Virus record (IMG/VR): IMGVR_UViG_3300001605_000010
Span: 1 to 64,000 of that record
Source of the DNA: an uncultured virus (IMG/VR IMGVR_UViG_3300001605_000010)
Taxonomy: Duplodnaviria > Heunggongvirae > Uroviricota > Caudoviricetes
Reading direction: 5' to 3' (one strand)
DNA: 64,000 bases
The notes under the pieces are model-generated. The model saw nothing but the letters and a program-made list of their open reading frames with translations. It was not told where the DNA came from and made no database searches. Positions 1 through 9,172 of the stretch are shown piece after piece (positions within the stretch are counted from its first letter, which is position 1; the number at the start of each line of letters is the position of its first letter). A program made the position numbers and the translations under genes.

Positions 1-109
1 ATGTATTCCATATATGATCCGTCAGTCCGCCTGCTCGTCCTTCATCCTTACAGATTTTGTAGGCAAACTCTGAAGCCTCTCGATAAAGTTCAATCATTCG
101 TTCGTTCAT
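1..109 (-). CDS. Hypothetical phage protein, N-terminal part (runs off window)
   Basis: Reads MNERMIELYREASEFAYKICKDEGRAGG...; ATGA overlap with the upstream small ORF; not in the ORF track. Confidence 0.5.
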   Translation of the reverse strand, partial: MNERMIELYREASEFAYKICKDEGRAGGLTDHIWNT

Positions 110-252
110 GCTATCTCCCAGAATATTCGAGGATTGGATTTTTTACGCTCAGTCCAGTAAGGCACCGCCCAGGCCAAATTGGTCTCTACTACGATGGGAG
201 TCATCTCAAACATAGGGTTGAGCCTGCGGCTCATGTAAACTCGCATCTTCAT
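106..252 (-). CDS. Small hypothetical protein (48 aa)
   Basis: MKMRVYMSRRLNPMFEMTPIVVETNLAWAVPYWTERKKSNPNIREIA*; ATGA overlaps at both ends. Confidence 0.45.
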   Translation of the reverse strand: MKMRVYMSRRLNPMFEMTPIVVETNLAWAVPYWTERKKSNPRIFWEIA

Positions 253-470
253 TCTTCAACTCCGAAATGTTTCAGTATGAGGTTGCTCACAACGATCTCT
301 CCATCAGTTGTGACTTCGCCTGTGGCTTTGAAAATTCAAGCGAGCACACTCACGCACCACAGTCTCGATCAAACTCAACTAGGTGTCGAGGTTTGAAATC
401 GGTAGACAGGATCACCGTCGCTGTCGAGGAAGCCTTGTTTNGTCAGTAATTCAATGATTTTCTCGTTCAT
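249..470 (-). pseudogene. Small hypothetical phage protein with compensating frameshifts (likely read errors)
   Basis: Starts MNEKIIELL, middle LIETVVRECA is in another frame, ends LILKHFGVEE*; N base at 441; N-terminus resembles that of the gene at 1..109. Confidence 0.4.
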
Positions 471-811
471 GCTGTTTTCCTTTCACGCACATCGGTATTC
501 AAGTTGGGCCGCAGTTCACGGATCAAGGCCCTCTCCAGTTGGTGTGCAGCCGACTTACCTCTGACCACTGCCAGGATGGTATAGCAGAAGCTCTCAGGAC
601 CACGACCACGCAAGGCTTCATACAAGGCCCAGGATTTGTCCTCTGAACGGCTACGGTACAGATGCTTGTTCATACGCACCCGAACTGACTTGAGCACCGT
701 GCTTTCGGTCTTGGCAGTGACGCCAACATAAAAGTCAGAACCGCTCATGATCTTGTAGATGATGTGTGTACGATCTGCTCGCTTTTTACGGGGTGCTTTT
801 TTAGTGTCCAT
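467..811 (-). CDS. GIY-YIG family endonuclease
   Basis: IIYKI...FYVGVT (GIY-YIG), R-x-x-x-H, and late E..LIRELRPNLN motifs; start moved to ATG 811, just after the promoter. Confidence 0.8.
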   Translation of the reverse strand: MDTKKAPRKKRADRTHIIYKIMSGSDFYVGVTAKTESTVLKSVRVRMNKHLYRSRSEDKSWALYEALRGRGPESFCYTILAVVRGKSAAHQLERALIRELRPNLNTDVRERKTA

Positions 812-817
812 AAGCAT

Positions 818-847
818 ATTATAGCCGAAATGGCAATTTCTGGTCAA
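818..847 (-). promoter_or_regulatory. Sigma70-type early promoter
   Basis: TTGACC-18 nt-TATAAT; same motif at 1191-1219 and 1408-1436. Confidence 0.8.
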
Positions 848-864
848 CCGTTTATGGCTCCTAA

Positions 865-880
865 GTTAGTGATCACTTAC
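865..880. promoter_or_regulatory. 16-bp near-palindromic operator-like site
   Basis: GTTAGTGATCACTTAC just upstream of the -35 box. Confidence 0.4.
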
Positions 881-885
881 CATAG

Positions 886-912
886 AAAAACCCTGACAAA
901 ATCAGGGTTTTT
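886..912. terminator. Bidirectional rho-independent terminator
   Basis: AAAAA-CCCTGA-caaaa-TCAGGG-TTTTT immediately after the stop of 912..1160. Confidence 0.8.
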
Positions 913-1160
913 CACACCATTTCGATGTTGTTTGTACGCAACACTTCTTTGGCCTGTTGCATCACTCGGTTGACATCATTTTGCAGGGTTTCAAACACGA
1001 AATCACCACTGACAAAGGCACATCTGGGTTGCGGGGGGAATTTTAGTGCACCACGTTCGGTGCGCTCAGTGACGTTGAATGCCACTATGATACGGTACGT
1101 TTCTTTGTTTTTATTGTAAACGAGTTTGGCTTTTGCTGTGCTTGCTGTGAGGATATCCAT
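912..1160 (-). CDS. Hypothetical early protein
   Basis: 82-aa ORF with AGGAG RBS, its own promoter and a terminator. Confidence 0.75.
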   Translation of the reverse strand: MDILTASTAKAKLVYNKNKETYRIIVAFNVTERTERGALKFPPQPRCAFVSGDFVFETLQNDVNRVMQQAKEVLRTNNIEMV

Positions 1161-1190
1161 TTCAGCTCCTTTTTCTTATATTGAACATAC

Positions 1191-1219
1191 ATTATAGCCG
1201 AAAAAGGATTATTGGTCAA
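1191..1219 (-). promoter_or_regulatory. Sigma70-type early promoter
   Basis: TTGACC-17 nt-TATAAT. Confidence 0.85.
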
Positions 1220-1239
1220 TCAAACATTGTAGCATAAAA

Positions 1240-1401
1240 ACAACACAAGGAACGGCTGAGTTTTCAGCGAATTTTGGCTTGCCCCGCTAAGGGCACCCAG
1301 CCGGCCACCACAGTTATATCAGGACCCTACCACGGCAAGGTGAACCCGCATAGTTGATGCGTCCATCAACGCTACCTGTATCAGCCGTTTCTTGTATTGT
1401 T
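1240..1401 (-). ncRNA. Candidate ~160-nt structured non-coding RNA of unknown family
   Basis: 20-nt terminal arms (1381-1400 and 1240-1259) pair; internal hairpins; begins ~7 nt after a consensus -10 box; no credible ORF. Confidence 0.65.
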
Positions 1402-1407
1402 TCAATT

Positions 1408-1436
1408 ATTATAGCAAAATAGGATTTTCTGGTCAA
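1408..1436 (-). promoter_or_regulatory. Sigma70-type early promoter driving the candidate ncRNA
   Basis: TTGACC-17 nt-TATAAT. Confidence 0.85.
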
Positions 1437-1828
1437 CCGATAGAATCCAGCCATTTTTTGAGGTCGCCATACATGGTAGCCATCATGGCTTCTCTGCTGC
1501 CAAAAAAAACGATCCTGCGGGTCTTTTTGCGGGCATTGAAATCCAAGTAGTAAGGCCATTCCAGTTTGCGATCCAGATCCAGGATCATGCGTTTGTCGAT
1601 CCTGGCTCGCCAGGCACCATTGGTTTCCTGTTCTGACAGATCCAGATGCCAAGATTCGATCTTCAATACATCGTGCATGATCTGGTAACCATGATGTGTG
1701 AGTCGCATGCCACCGTCACGGCGTATGTTGGCCCACCAGGTGATCATGGCCTGATCCGGACTTTCTTGATATTGATCGGGGATCGAACCGCGTAGTTGCG
1801 TGACTATGCTAAGTTTTCGATTTGGCAT
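1433..1828 (-). CDS. Hypothetical protein
   Basis: ORF in operon; likely start MPNRKLSIV. Confidence 0.65.
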   Translation of the reverse strand: MPNRKLSIVTQLRGSIPDQYQESPDQAMITWWANIRRDGGMRLTHHGYQIMHDVLKIESWHLDLSEQETNGAWRARIDKRMILDLDRKLEWPYYLDFNARKKTRRIVFFGSREAMMATMYGDLKKWLDSIG

Positions 1829-2114
1829 CGGGAAACACAGTCTCCCCTTGGGTAAGCAACACCACCGAAAACTTGTCAGTTTTGAACTGCTGATTAAGTT
1901 TGCGTGCCAAGTTGATGGCATGCCCGGGATTTGAAAACGAAACTTTTTTGTACTTGGGTCCCGGATACTGTACCAGCATGTTGGCAGTTTTGAGATTGAT
2001 GGGAGCGTTGTTGTAAAACACCGCGTAGATGCCCTCGGCTGCTAATACCTGTTCGGTTTTATAGGTCTGGCGGTCGGTTTGCTCAACTAGTACTTTGGGT
2101 TTGGGTCTCGACAT
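1809..2114 (-). CDS. Hypothetical phage protein
   Basis: MSRPKPKVL...GPKYKKVSFSNPGHA; GAGGA RBS and TAAATA upstream. Confidence 0.75.
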   Translation of the reverse strand: MSRPKPKVLVEQTDRQTYKTEQVLAAEGIYAVFYNNAPINLKTANMLVQYPGPKYKKVSFSNPGHAINLARKLNQQFKTDKFSVVLLTQGETVFPDAKSKT

Positions 2115-2157
2115 TGGTGTGTTTATTCCTCAGAGTATTTATCATAAACACAGCCGT

Positions 2158-2364
2158 TTAAAACGAGCCACCTTGCACTTCCACCTGGATCACTGATTGA
2201 TCCGGTGTTGCTGCGGCTCGCTCCCGCAGATCTTCCAAGGCGATCAAGAGTTTGGTGATATCTGCATGGAGATCCCGTGCTTCTGCTACGGTCATGACGA
2301 TGTCTTTCTGCCTGCGTCCATCAGCTTGTTGCAGCCGATCCACGAAACGATTTATATGCAGCAT
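2158..2364 (-). CDS. Hypothetical protein
   Basis: 68-aa ORF in operon. Confidence 0.65.
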   Translation of the reverse strand: MLHINRFVDRLQQADGRRQKDIVMTVAEARDLHADITKLLIALEDLRERAAATPDQSVIQVEVQGGSF

Positions 2365-2804
2365 GAGTTCTGTGCCTGTTCGGCGGTGTGATAAGGCCCG
2401 CGAAATTCATATCTTTCCAGCATGATTAGCTTGGGGCATTGCTCTACTGCCCAGCGTCGTCCTTGGCGAACAGCATACCAACCTGCGGCATACCAACTCT
2501 TGCTGCGTTCTTCCCGAGTCCACAGTGGAACCTGGTGTTTGACATCGTAGACCCCGTTGTATGGCTGGCTGGTGGTGGCATATCCATATACTTGATTACC
2601 CTCTTGTTTTTGCACAGTCTGTTTCTGGGGTTCAAAGTCAATGCTTTTTTGTTTCTTTATGGTGTGGATGGTTTTGAACTTCTCCACTCGATCGTTAATG
2701 CGCACCCGGAATCCATCAGGTGCTTGTTCGATGTTACCGATCTTGCGATCATCTTCGCGCAAGATCCAGTACTGGTCAGGTATCACTGCTTTGGCTACGA
2801 TCAT
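2352..2804 (-). CDS. Hypothetical protein
   Basis: 150-aa ORF in operon. Confidence 0.7.
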   Translation of the reverse strand: MIVAKAVIPDQYWILREDDRKIGNIEQAPDGFRVRINDRVEKFKTIHTIKKQKSIDFEPQKQTVQKQEGNQVYGYATTSQPYNGVYDVKHQVPLWTREERSKSWYAAGWYAVRQGRRWAVEQCPKLIMLERYEFRGPYHTAEQAQNSCCI

Positions 2805-3798
2805 CTAATACTCCTTGATATGTTTTGTTGAGCCACCGAGCATATTGTTCGGCCTGCTCGCTGATGCGATTTAATTCATATTTTCCACAGAACTTCATGA
2901 AACGTACTCCCACTTGCCCAATATCACGATGCGAGATCTGTGTGCCGATAGCTGTGTCCACTAGATCTTTGATCTCCTGGGGTTGAGCAGTGAGATCGAT
3001 CAATCTACGATTGCGTTCGTAGTCATCCAGCACACGGTGCTCTTCGCCATTGTGATCAGTCCAGCGTTGCAGCATCATGTTGTTCCAGGCATATCCTTGT
3101 TTTTCTCGATCGGCATAGGCTTCTTGTAGACCCACTTTGTTCTTGGTGCCTTTGGTTCTCACGCCCGGGAAAGCTGAAAATACATTGTCAGATGGATCTC
3201 CTCGCATGCACTTTTCAAACAGCAACCATTGGGGATCTGGAACGATTTTGGCAGCCTTGGTCTTTTTGTCAATAACTTCGCGACCTTTGGCATCATACAC
3301 ACCTCGCACAGTGATGAGTTCGTCGGTGATACCGTTGTATTGATCCACGTTGTGGGCCAGGAGTTGTACGAAATCTGTGTCGCTGCTTATAATCGTGTGT
3401 TGATCTTGGGGGTGTAGCGCGATCCAACGAGCTATGATATCATCTGCTTCGGCTCGTTCGTGCCTGATCACTGAACAGTTGGTTTGCTCAGCCAAGTATT
3501 TAGTCAACTCATCCAGGGTTTCCCAGAACAGTTTGTCTTCTTCTTGTTCGCTTTCTGTCTGGGCTGCTCGGGCTTCTGTACGATTCCTTTTGTAAGGAGC
3601 ATAGTGGTCCTTGCGCCATGAGCGCCCTTCCAAGGCAAAAACCACGTGGTCTGCTTGGAATCTCTGCACTACTTTGTTGATGCTGCTCAGCACGATATGT
3701 AGAGCATAGCCTACTTTTTCCCAGGAGTCCGCGGCGCGAAAAGCCGAATGCCTGGCCCGGAAAAAAGTGTTGGCAGTGTCGATCAGTATGTATCTCAT
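2776..3798 (-). CDS. rnh: T4-like RNase H / 5'-3' flap exonuclease
   Basis: ILIDTAN, SWRK..Y..YK.NR, EADDIIA, ISSDTDFVQL, GDPSDNV motifs. Confidence 0.9.
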   Translation of the reverse strand: MRYILIDTANTFFRARHSAFRAADSWEKVGYALHIVLSSINKVVQRFQADHVVFALEGRSWRKDHYAPYKRNRTEARAAQTESEQEEDKLFWETLDELTKYLAEQTNCSVIRHERAEADDIIARWIALHPQDQHTIISSDTDFVQLLAHNVDQYNGITDELITVRGVYDAKGREVIDKKTKAAKIVPDPQWLLFEKCMRGDPSDNVFSAFPGVRTKGTKNKVGLQEAYADREKQGYAWNNMMLQRWTDHNGEEHRVLDDYERNRRLIDLTAQPQEIKDLVDTAIGTQISHRDIGQVGVRFMKFCGKYELNRISEQAEQYARWLNKTYQGVLDDRSQSSDT

Positions 3799-4505
3799 TT
3801 GGGCACCAGTTGATTTTGCACAATGTATTTTAACATGAATCGGGCCCAGGCAGCATGAGCATCCTGTCCAAAATGCCATGATTTGGGAGATACTGTTTCA
3901 AATCCCTGATGTTTTAACCACTCAGAGTAGGTGTGATCCGGGGAGTAAGGATCGATGTATGCTTTGCCCCAGTCACAGCGATCGGTGATTCTGGCAAAAT
4001 GACTGTCCCCGTTGAAAAACACATGCGGGATACCGCGCTCTTGCAACCGTAGATGGAACTGCCAGATCTCGTTGTGCTCCAGTTCGGTACAGGTATTCCA
4101 GTCCACCTCAGCGATGAATTCTCGATACTGGTCCTGATGAGATTCAGGAACTGAATCTGTACCCGAAGCACCGATCTGATACCAGACATCGTCGATCAAC
4201 CATTCTTGTCTTTCCCAGGTGCTCCACTGTATGATCACCAGATATCTTTCTGCAGCGTCAGGAGTCTGATCCAACATCTCTAGAGTGGTACGTCGGATCC
4301 TGGCATTGCTACCTCCGGCCTGTGCGGCACAATGCAGCCCCATTTTCAGGACGTCGGCTAGTTTGCGACCCCAGCTCACTGAGAGATTGTCTGGGTGTGG
4401 TGCTGATCCCATGTAAAAATATCTGGAATCATCAGCGGCCCAGCTGTGATTGTTTACGGCCTCGGCGGCTGCTGCATGGCTGTCACCATTGACATAGAGT
4501 ATCAT
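3795..4505 (-). CDS. SGNH/GDSL hydrolase-like protein
   Basis: YVNGDSH, GGSNARI, C-terminal HFGQDAH. Confidence 0.6.
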   Translation of the reverse strand: MILYVNGDSHAAAAEAVNNHSWAADDSRYFYMGSAPHPDNLSVSWGRKLADVLKMGLHCAAQAGGSNARIRRTTLEMLDQTPDAAERYLVIIQWSTWERQEWLIDDVWYQIGASGTDSVPESHQDQYREFIAEVDWNTCTELEHNEIWQFHLRLQERGIPHVFFNGDSHFARITDRCDWGKAYIDPYSPDHTYSEWLKHQGFETVSPKSWHFGQDAHAAWARFMLKYIVQNQLVPK

Positions 4506-5011
4506 CGTGTTTGGATATGATACAAGTCAGTAGATGCGGATGATTTTAACGCACGCTCGGTTTCAGCATGTGCTACACGCTTGCGGAGACTAGAAGATGA
4601 AAAACTATGGTCTCTGCCATTGAAAACAATTTCAATTTCTCTTTTTTCGCATTCCAGTTTACCACTGAAATGCTGACCTTCATATTCCACTCCCAACACT
4701 CGCACATCCAAGGGAAGGATCAATAACAAATCCACAAGGTCCTGTTCAGTCTGGTATACCACTACTTCGTCCACATACCGACAAGCAGCCAGTTGTATCT
4801 GGCGTTCCACGATGCTTTGCACGGGCTTGTTTTTTGTATCAGATCGATCTATCGTGGGATCTGTCTGCAATCCAGCGATGAGATAATCACAGTGATTCTT
4901 GGCTTCGGCCAGCATGGCGATGTGCCCGGCGTGCATGAGATCAAAAGTACTGAAAGTTATACCGATACGTTTGCCTTCGTCTTTGAGCCTGCGTACATGA
5001 TTAAAAATCAT
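4502..5011 (-). CDS. Cytidylyltransferase (TagD/glycerol-3-phosphate CT-like)
   Basis: TFDLMHAGH (HIGH), ACRYVDEV, SSSSLR. Confidence 0.85.
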   Translation of the reverse strand: MIFNHVRRLKDEGKRIGITFSTFDLMHAGHIAMLAEAKNHCDYLIAGLQTDPTIDRSDTKNKPVQSIVERQIQLAACRYVDEVVVYQTEQDLVDLLLILPLDVRVLGVEYEGQHFSGKLECEKREIEIVFNGRDHSFSSSSLRKRVAHAETERALKSSASTDLYHIQTR

Positions 5012-5397
5012 GACACTTCTCTCCTGCCATCACCGAGATCTCGACTCTGGGTAAATCTAGTAGTCTGGGGATTCATGGCCTGCTCTTGTTCCCAGGTCTC
5101 CATCACCACATGACGGCAAACATTCTGGAACCACCGATCCACGATCACGCTTTCTGGCTCGTTGGGCCGCATCTGATATCCAGCACGTACTAGATTAGCA
5201 ATGAACTTGTCATTCCAATCCAGTTCGAATGCACCTTCGTGTAGGTTCTCGGGACTGATATCCATGCTGACGATGGCCACATAAGGTTCACCTTTTTCTG
5301 TGGCGATATCTCGAGCAGATTTTTTTATCTTTTCTTTTTTTTCTTTAGGTTCTGTGGGTTGCACAGATTTTTTCTTGAATCTATCAAAAAAGCCCAT
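5008..5397 (-). CDS. Hypothetical phage protein
   Basis: 129-aa ORF (GAFELDWNDKFI). Confidence 0.7.
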   Translation of the reverse strand: MGFFDRFKKKSVQPTEPKEKKEKIKKSARDIATEKGEPYVAIVSMDISPENLHEGAFELDWNDKFIANLVRAGYQMRPNEPESVIVDRWFQNVCRHVVMETWEQEQAMNPQTTRFTQSRDLGDGRREVS

Positions 5398-5398
5398 G

Positions 5399-5656
5399 TT
5401 ATTTTCCTTTCAGTATCATGACCAAGGCCTGATCACGATGATACCATCGTTGTTCTACCACCGGATCTCCCGGTCCAGTCCAGGTAGCAAGACCGCGCAC
5501 GGCCCGGGTCAACCACAGAGACTTTTTTGTCACGTAGCACTGCCGGGGGATCATACACCATTTGTATTTGTATACCGCACGATCATAAAACGGATCATAT
5601 ACAATGTCGTCCACCATGGCACCGTGTTGGTATCCATACCCTTGTCCCAACATCAT
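5399..5656 (-). CDS. Hypothetical protein
   Basis: ATGA overlap with the queE stop. Confidence 0.55.
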   Translation of the reverse strand: MMLGQGYGYQHGAMVDDIVYDPFYDRAVYKYKWCMIPRQCYVTKKSLWLTRAVRGLATWTGPGDPVVEQRWYHRDQALVMILKGK

Positions 5657-6549
5657 GTTCCCCAGGCATTGCGCCAGATATCTACTTGTAATCTGGGACT
5701 GTATCGCCATCCACGTTCCATGGCCAGGCGTGCTACTTCCTGTGTGTTGAGATTGTAGACCTGTGGTACGCCACCCGCGGGCATGAGATAGATAGGTCCA
5801 CCGAATCCAGCATCACGGAATTCATCCACAGCACGCTGGGCATCTTCTACATCTTGTCTGGTGGCCACTACGAATTTAACATAAGTGAATCCCACCATCT
5901 CGTACTCTTTGATGATCTTGGGATTGATAGCTCGTTCCCAGGATTCACCTGAACATGGCAGCTTGGGACTCACTGAGAATGTCAGTCGATCATAGTCTCT
6001 ACCATTGCGTGTGAACTCTTCAAAGAGATAATCGCGCACTTCGGGATAGAGATGCTGGCTGCCATTGGTCTCGAATGTGAGATTTTTCAATCCACGATCC
6101 CGGCAAAGCTCGATCATTTCGGGATAGAGTTTCTGATAGGCCAAGAGAGGCTCACCTCCTGTGACAACAAGATGCACGTCATCGTTCCATCCTAGATCCC
6201 ATTTGTTATTGGGTATCAGAGCATGCATCTTGTCCACGATAGTAGCAACATCATCCTGATCATTAAAACGCTTGAATTCAGGATAGATCGATGCGTAGGT
6301 ATCGCAGCCCGTGGTCACCAGCGGAAGATCTTTGAATTCCCGATACCGCTCAGGATCGGCTTCGACCATTCTAAGGATCTCCACTACTTCAGGATTATGC
6401 CCTTCGATGGCCTCGTCGCGTGGACGACCAAACTTTTTACATCTGAAGTTACAACCAAATGTTCGGAAGAATACCGAAGGTACTCCAGCCCACTTGCCTT
6501 CTCCTTGGAGACTGTAAAATATTTCTGTGTATGTGATTTTTTCCATCAA
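5653..6549 (-). CDS. queE: 7-carboxy-7-deazaguanine synthase (radical SAM)
   Basis: EIFYSLQGEG, FFRTFGCNFRC...CDT, TGGEPLL, ETNG, SVSPKL, RYSPRLQ. Confidence 0.9.
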   Translation of the reverse strand: MMEKITYTEIFYSLQGEGKWAGVPSVFFRTFGCNFRCKKFGRPRDEAIEGHNPEVVEILRMVEADPERYREFKDLPLVTTGCDTYASIYPEFKRFNDQDDVATIVDKMHALIPNNKWDLGWNDDVHLVVTGGEPLLAYQKLYPEMIELCRDRGLKNLTFETNGSQHLYPEVRDYLFEEFTRNGRDYDRLTFSVSPKLPCSGESWERAINPKIIKEYEMVGFTYVKFVVATRQDVEDAQRAVDEFRDAGFGGPIYLMPAGGVPQVYNLNTQEVARLAMERGWRYSPRLQVDIWRNAWGT

Positions 6550-6887
6550 TGGTTCCTTTTACCATCAAACACGCAATTAAAAATCAAGTTTGTATCTCCA
6601 TCGTTTATGACTTTATGAAATGCACCATCGGGTATCAACACAACGTCACCGGCCTGTATAGCAAATGGTTTGTCGGTTTCTTCTCCCACAATCATCTTAC
6701 CCGTGCCTGTGACAAAAAAATAAACTTCTTCTTGCCCCGCATGTCTATGTCCTCGTGTCTGCTGATTCCTATACAGTTTGGTAGAACTAACAACGAGAGT
6801 ATTTAGGTCACGATTGTCTTTTAATAGATAAACTTCGTTATCTTTTACTACTTCCCCGCCAATGTCATGAAACGAATATTTCTTCAT
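6546..6887 (-). CDS. Cupin-domain protein
   Basis: GHRHAGQEEVYFF...IPDGAFH. Confidence 0.85.
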   Translation of the reverse strand: MKKYSFHDIGGEVVKDNEVYLLKDNRDLNTLVVSSTKLYRNQQTRGHRHAGQEEVYFFVTGTGKMIVGEETDKPFAIQAGDVVLIPDGAFHKVINDGDTNLIFNCVFDGKRNH

Positions 6888-7290
6888 CTAGATATCTCTT
6901 GAGTTCTTTGTCCGTAGGATTGACCAAATAGTTACGTTTGAAAAAGATCTCATATGAATCAGACCCATATTTGCCAATGCCATACAACATTGTAGCATCA
7001 TCATGATCCCAAGTCAAGAAGTCTTGGGTCATCCGCCGCAATCGGTTGTATCGCACATTGACCATGCCTAGGGGCCAGATCACATCTTTTACTTCTTGTT
7101 CGGCAGCTACAGTAAAAGAAATAGGATCCTGCCAACGATTCAAAAAAACGGGGAGAACTGTTTTGACAGGTTTACGCCCGGTCTGATTCAGCATGATCAC
7201 TGCCACCATGTGCTGCCAGGCTCCAAGGTTATTGAAGCCTGCTGGCAGCTGTTGCTGTACCATCAAATCATCGCGTAGAGGTTGTATCAT
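6865..7290 (-). CDS. HhH-GPD DNA glycosylase, MBD4-like
   Basis: VIMLNQT, LYGIGKYGSDSYEIF, PTDKELKRY. Confidence 0.75.
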   Translation of the reverse strand: MIQPLRDDLMVQQQLPAGFNNLGAWQHMVAVIMLNQTGRKPVKTVLPVFLNRWQDPISFTVAAEQEVKDVIWPLGMVNVRYNRLRRMTQDFLTWDHDDATMLYGIGKYGSDSYEIFFKRNYLVNPTDKELKRYLDEEIFVS

Positions 7291-7392
7291 ATTTTTTGAT
7301 TGGATATTTGCAGAGTTTATGATAACCGGTTTGATAGCATACACAATGCCGGCCCAGGATCCAACGAGCTAGACGAACACGGAGACGTTGTA

Positions 7393-7764
7393 TCATCTCG
7401 CTCTCACAAAAGGTGCCAATCGTGGAGGTTCCCAGTTAGCGGGTTTAAGAACTTTCCCATCTTCCCGTTTGGTTACACGCCCGGTGCGAGGATCTACTTT
7501 GTCAAAGTTTGATCGCATGACTTCTTTCCAAGCACCATCTGCATCTACTCCTAGGCTGTGCAGTGCACCTGCTGTGACCACCATGATGTCTATCAAAGCA
7601 TCCAATTGCTCTACAGAATCGCCATTGGCAACACCTTCGACTAATTCCTGGCATTCTTCTCTGATTAGATCAATATAAAGTTTATATTGGTCAATATTAT
7701 AATGGTCTGTAGTCTGACCACATGCTTGCATAAATTTACGTTGATCGTTGAATACATCACTCAT
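7393..7764 (-). CDS. MazG-like / PRA-PH family NTP pyrophosphohydrolase
   Basis: LIREECQEL, LDALID, EVMRSN, REDGKVLKP. Confidence 0.85.
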   Translation of the reverse strand: MSDVFNDQRKFMQACGQTTDHYNIDQYKLYIDLIREECQELVEGVANGDSVEQLDALIDIMVVTAGALHSLGVDADGAWKEVMRSNFDKVDPRTGRVTKREDGKVLKPANWEPPRLAPFVRAR

Positions 7765-9172
7765 GATTGCTTTCTCTTTTGATATTTAAATAAGGAAAAA
7801 CCTGTTTCCAATCTGATCCTCTGCGCCGATCCAATTCATCCAGATAAACATGTAGTTTTTGTATGTCATCCCAGTTGTGTGATGTAAATGTTTTGAGATA
7901 GGATTGCATTCCTTGCATTCTGGGAATGGCTTCTAGTTGCTCTTGGGTATCGCGCGGCATAGATTTAAAAATCTGATCAAACGTTTCGTCCCAAAAATCA
8001 TAGGCATAAGTTTTCGGGTGTTGCCACATCTGAGTACCTGTGTAAAATTGAAAATAATGTCCTATGTGTCTATTTTTGCTGTATTGACGAATTTTGTCAA
8101 TTAGATCAGGCATGGTCTTCATGGTCAGACAGGTTATGGTTTGGTTACAATTTAATCTCAGCCAAGCAGGATCTTGTTCGGAAGCCCATCTAAGTCTTTC
8201 TTCAAACTTTGTTAGGTCTAATCCATACCGAGCATATTCGGCTTCTTTGCCCCAACAATCGATTGATGCGGTAAGATCAAAAGATTGTATGTGACCTCGT
8301 TTTTGTAGGTCATGTATACGATTTATATATAAATCCCAATATCGATTCGGGACATTAAGATTAGAAAATACACAAAATTGTAGCTCGGGGCTAGGGTATT
8401 TTTCAATTATATCCAGCACCCTCGACATTAACTCGTGTTGTATAAAAGTTTCTCCGCCCAATAGATGCAATCGACGCAGTGCCCCGATATTTTTTTCCAA
8501 CCATGACATGAATTTTTCAAAGTATTCTTTGGTGGTCTCTGGTACGTCGATCACAGGGATCACTACTCCATCACGATTGAACTCTCCAAATTTTCGGTTT
8601 TCTTGTGCGATCTTACTGGAAAGATTTGCATTACAATAGGTACACTGCAGGTTACATGTATTTTGTGCAAATANCTCTAGGATCCTAGGAGTAACCTTGA
8701 CAGCCTTGGGATCAGATTCTAACTCCGGCGGGGTAAGACCTCTTATGTCTAAGTTGTGTTGTCGATCACTCCAACCACCGGATTCCTCGATGGTACGACA
8801 GTATTCGCATCCCCCCGACGGCCATTGACCACTGAGCATGAGCCGTCGATCATCGAGTTTTTTAGGAATATTATGGAAATCATCAAAATTTTCCAAAGAA
8901 AACGGAACAGGATCAACTCTATGACAAGATGCAGTAGCAAGTTGATTGAGATATATAGTACTCCAGGTCCACTTGCTCTGACAGGAAGTTGCTGTTCTGA
9001 TGGGAAATTTAATACCATCTTTCACAAACATTTCTACAAAATTATTGATTTCTTGTTGTATAGCAGGATCGTTGCCGCGATCCCCGGATAAAAAATCTTC
9101 ATACGACGGCCAGTCGATGCCTTTTAACTCTTCATAGTCATTTTTGGGAAAGTAAAGAGAAAGATTTTTCAT
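7757..9172 (-). CDS. Radical SAM protein with N-terminal Cys-rich (SPASM/twitch-like) module
   Basis: CNLQCTYC, LGGETF; SCH and GCEYC upstream. Confidence 0.8.
   Translation of the reverse strand: MKNLSLYFPKNDYEELKGIDWPSYEDFLSGDRGNDPAIQQEINNFVEMFVKDGIKFPIRTATSCQSKWTWSTIYLNQLATASCHRVDPVPFSLENFDDFHNIPKKLDDRRLMLSGQWPSGGCEYCRTIEESGGWSDRQHNLDIRGLTPPELESDPKAVKVTPRILEXFAQNTCNLQCTYCNANLSSKIAQENRKFGEFNRDGVVIPVIDVPETTKEYFEKFMSWLEKNIGALRRLHLLGGETFIQHELMSRVLDIIEKYPSPELQFCVFSNLNVPNRYWDLYINRIHDLQKRGHIQSFDLTASIDCWGKEAEYARYGLDLTKFEERLRWASEQDPAWLRLNCNQTITCLTMKTMPDLIDKIRQYSKNRHIGHYFQFYTGTQMWQHPKTYAYDFWDETFDQIFKSMPRDTQEQLEAIPRMQGMQSYLKTFTSHNWDDIQKLHVYLDELDRRRGSDWKQVFPYLNIKRESNHE

Noticed and set aside
249..470. 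In-frame TGA codons suggesting stop-codon recoding
   Set aside because: Many genes end in TGA with ATGA coupling and long genes have no internal stops. The plausible peptide lies in another frame next to an N base, so read errors are more likely.
1240..1401. tRNA, tmRNA or confirmed retron ncRNA
   Set aside because: No cloverleaf, T-loop or CCA end, and no reverse transcriptase in the window.
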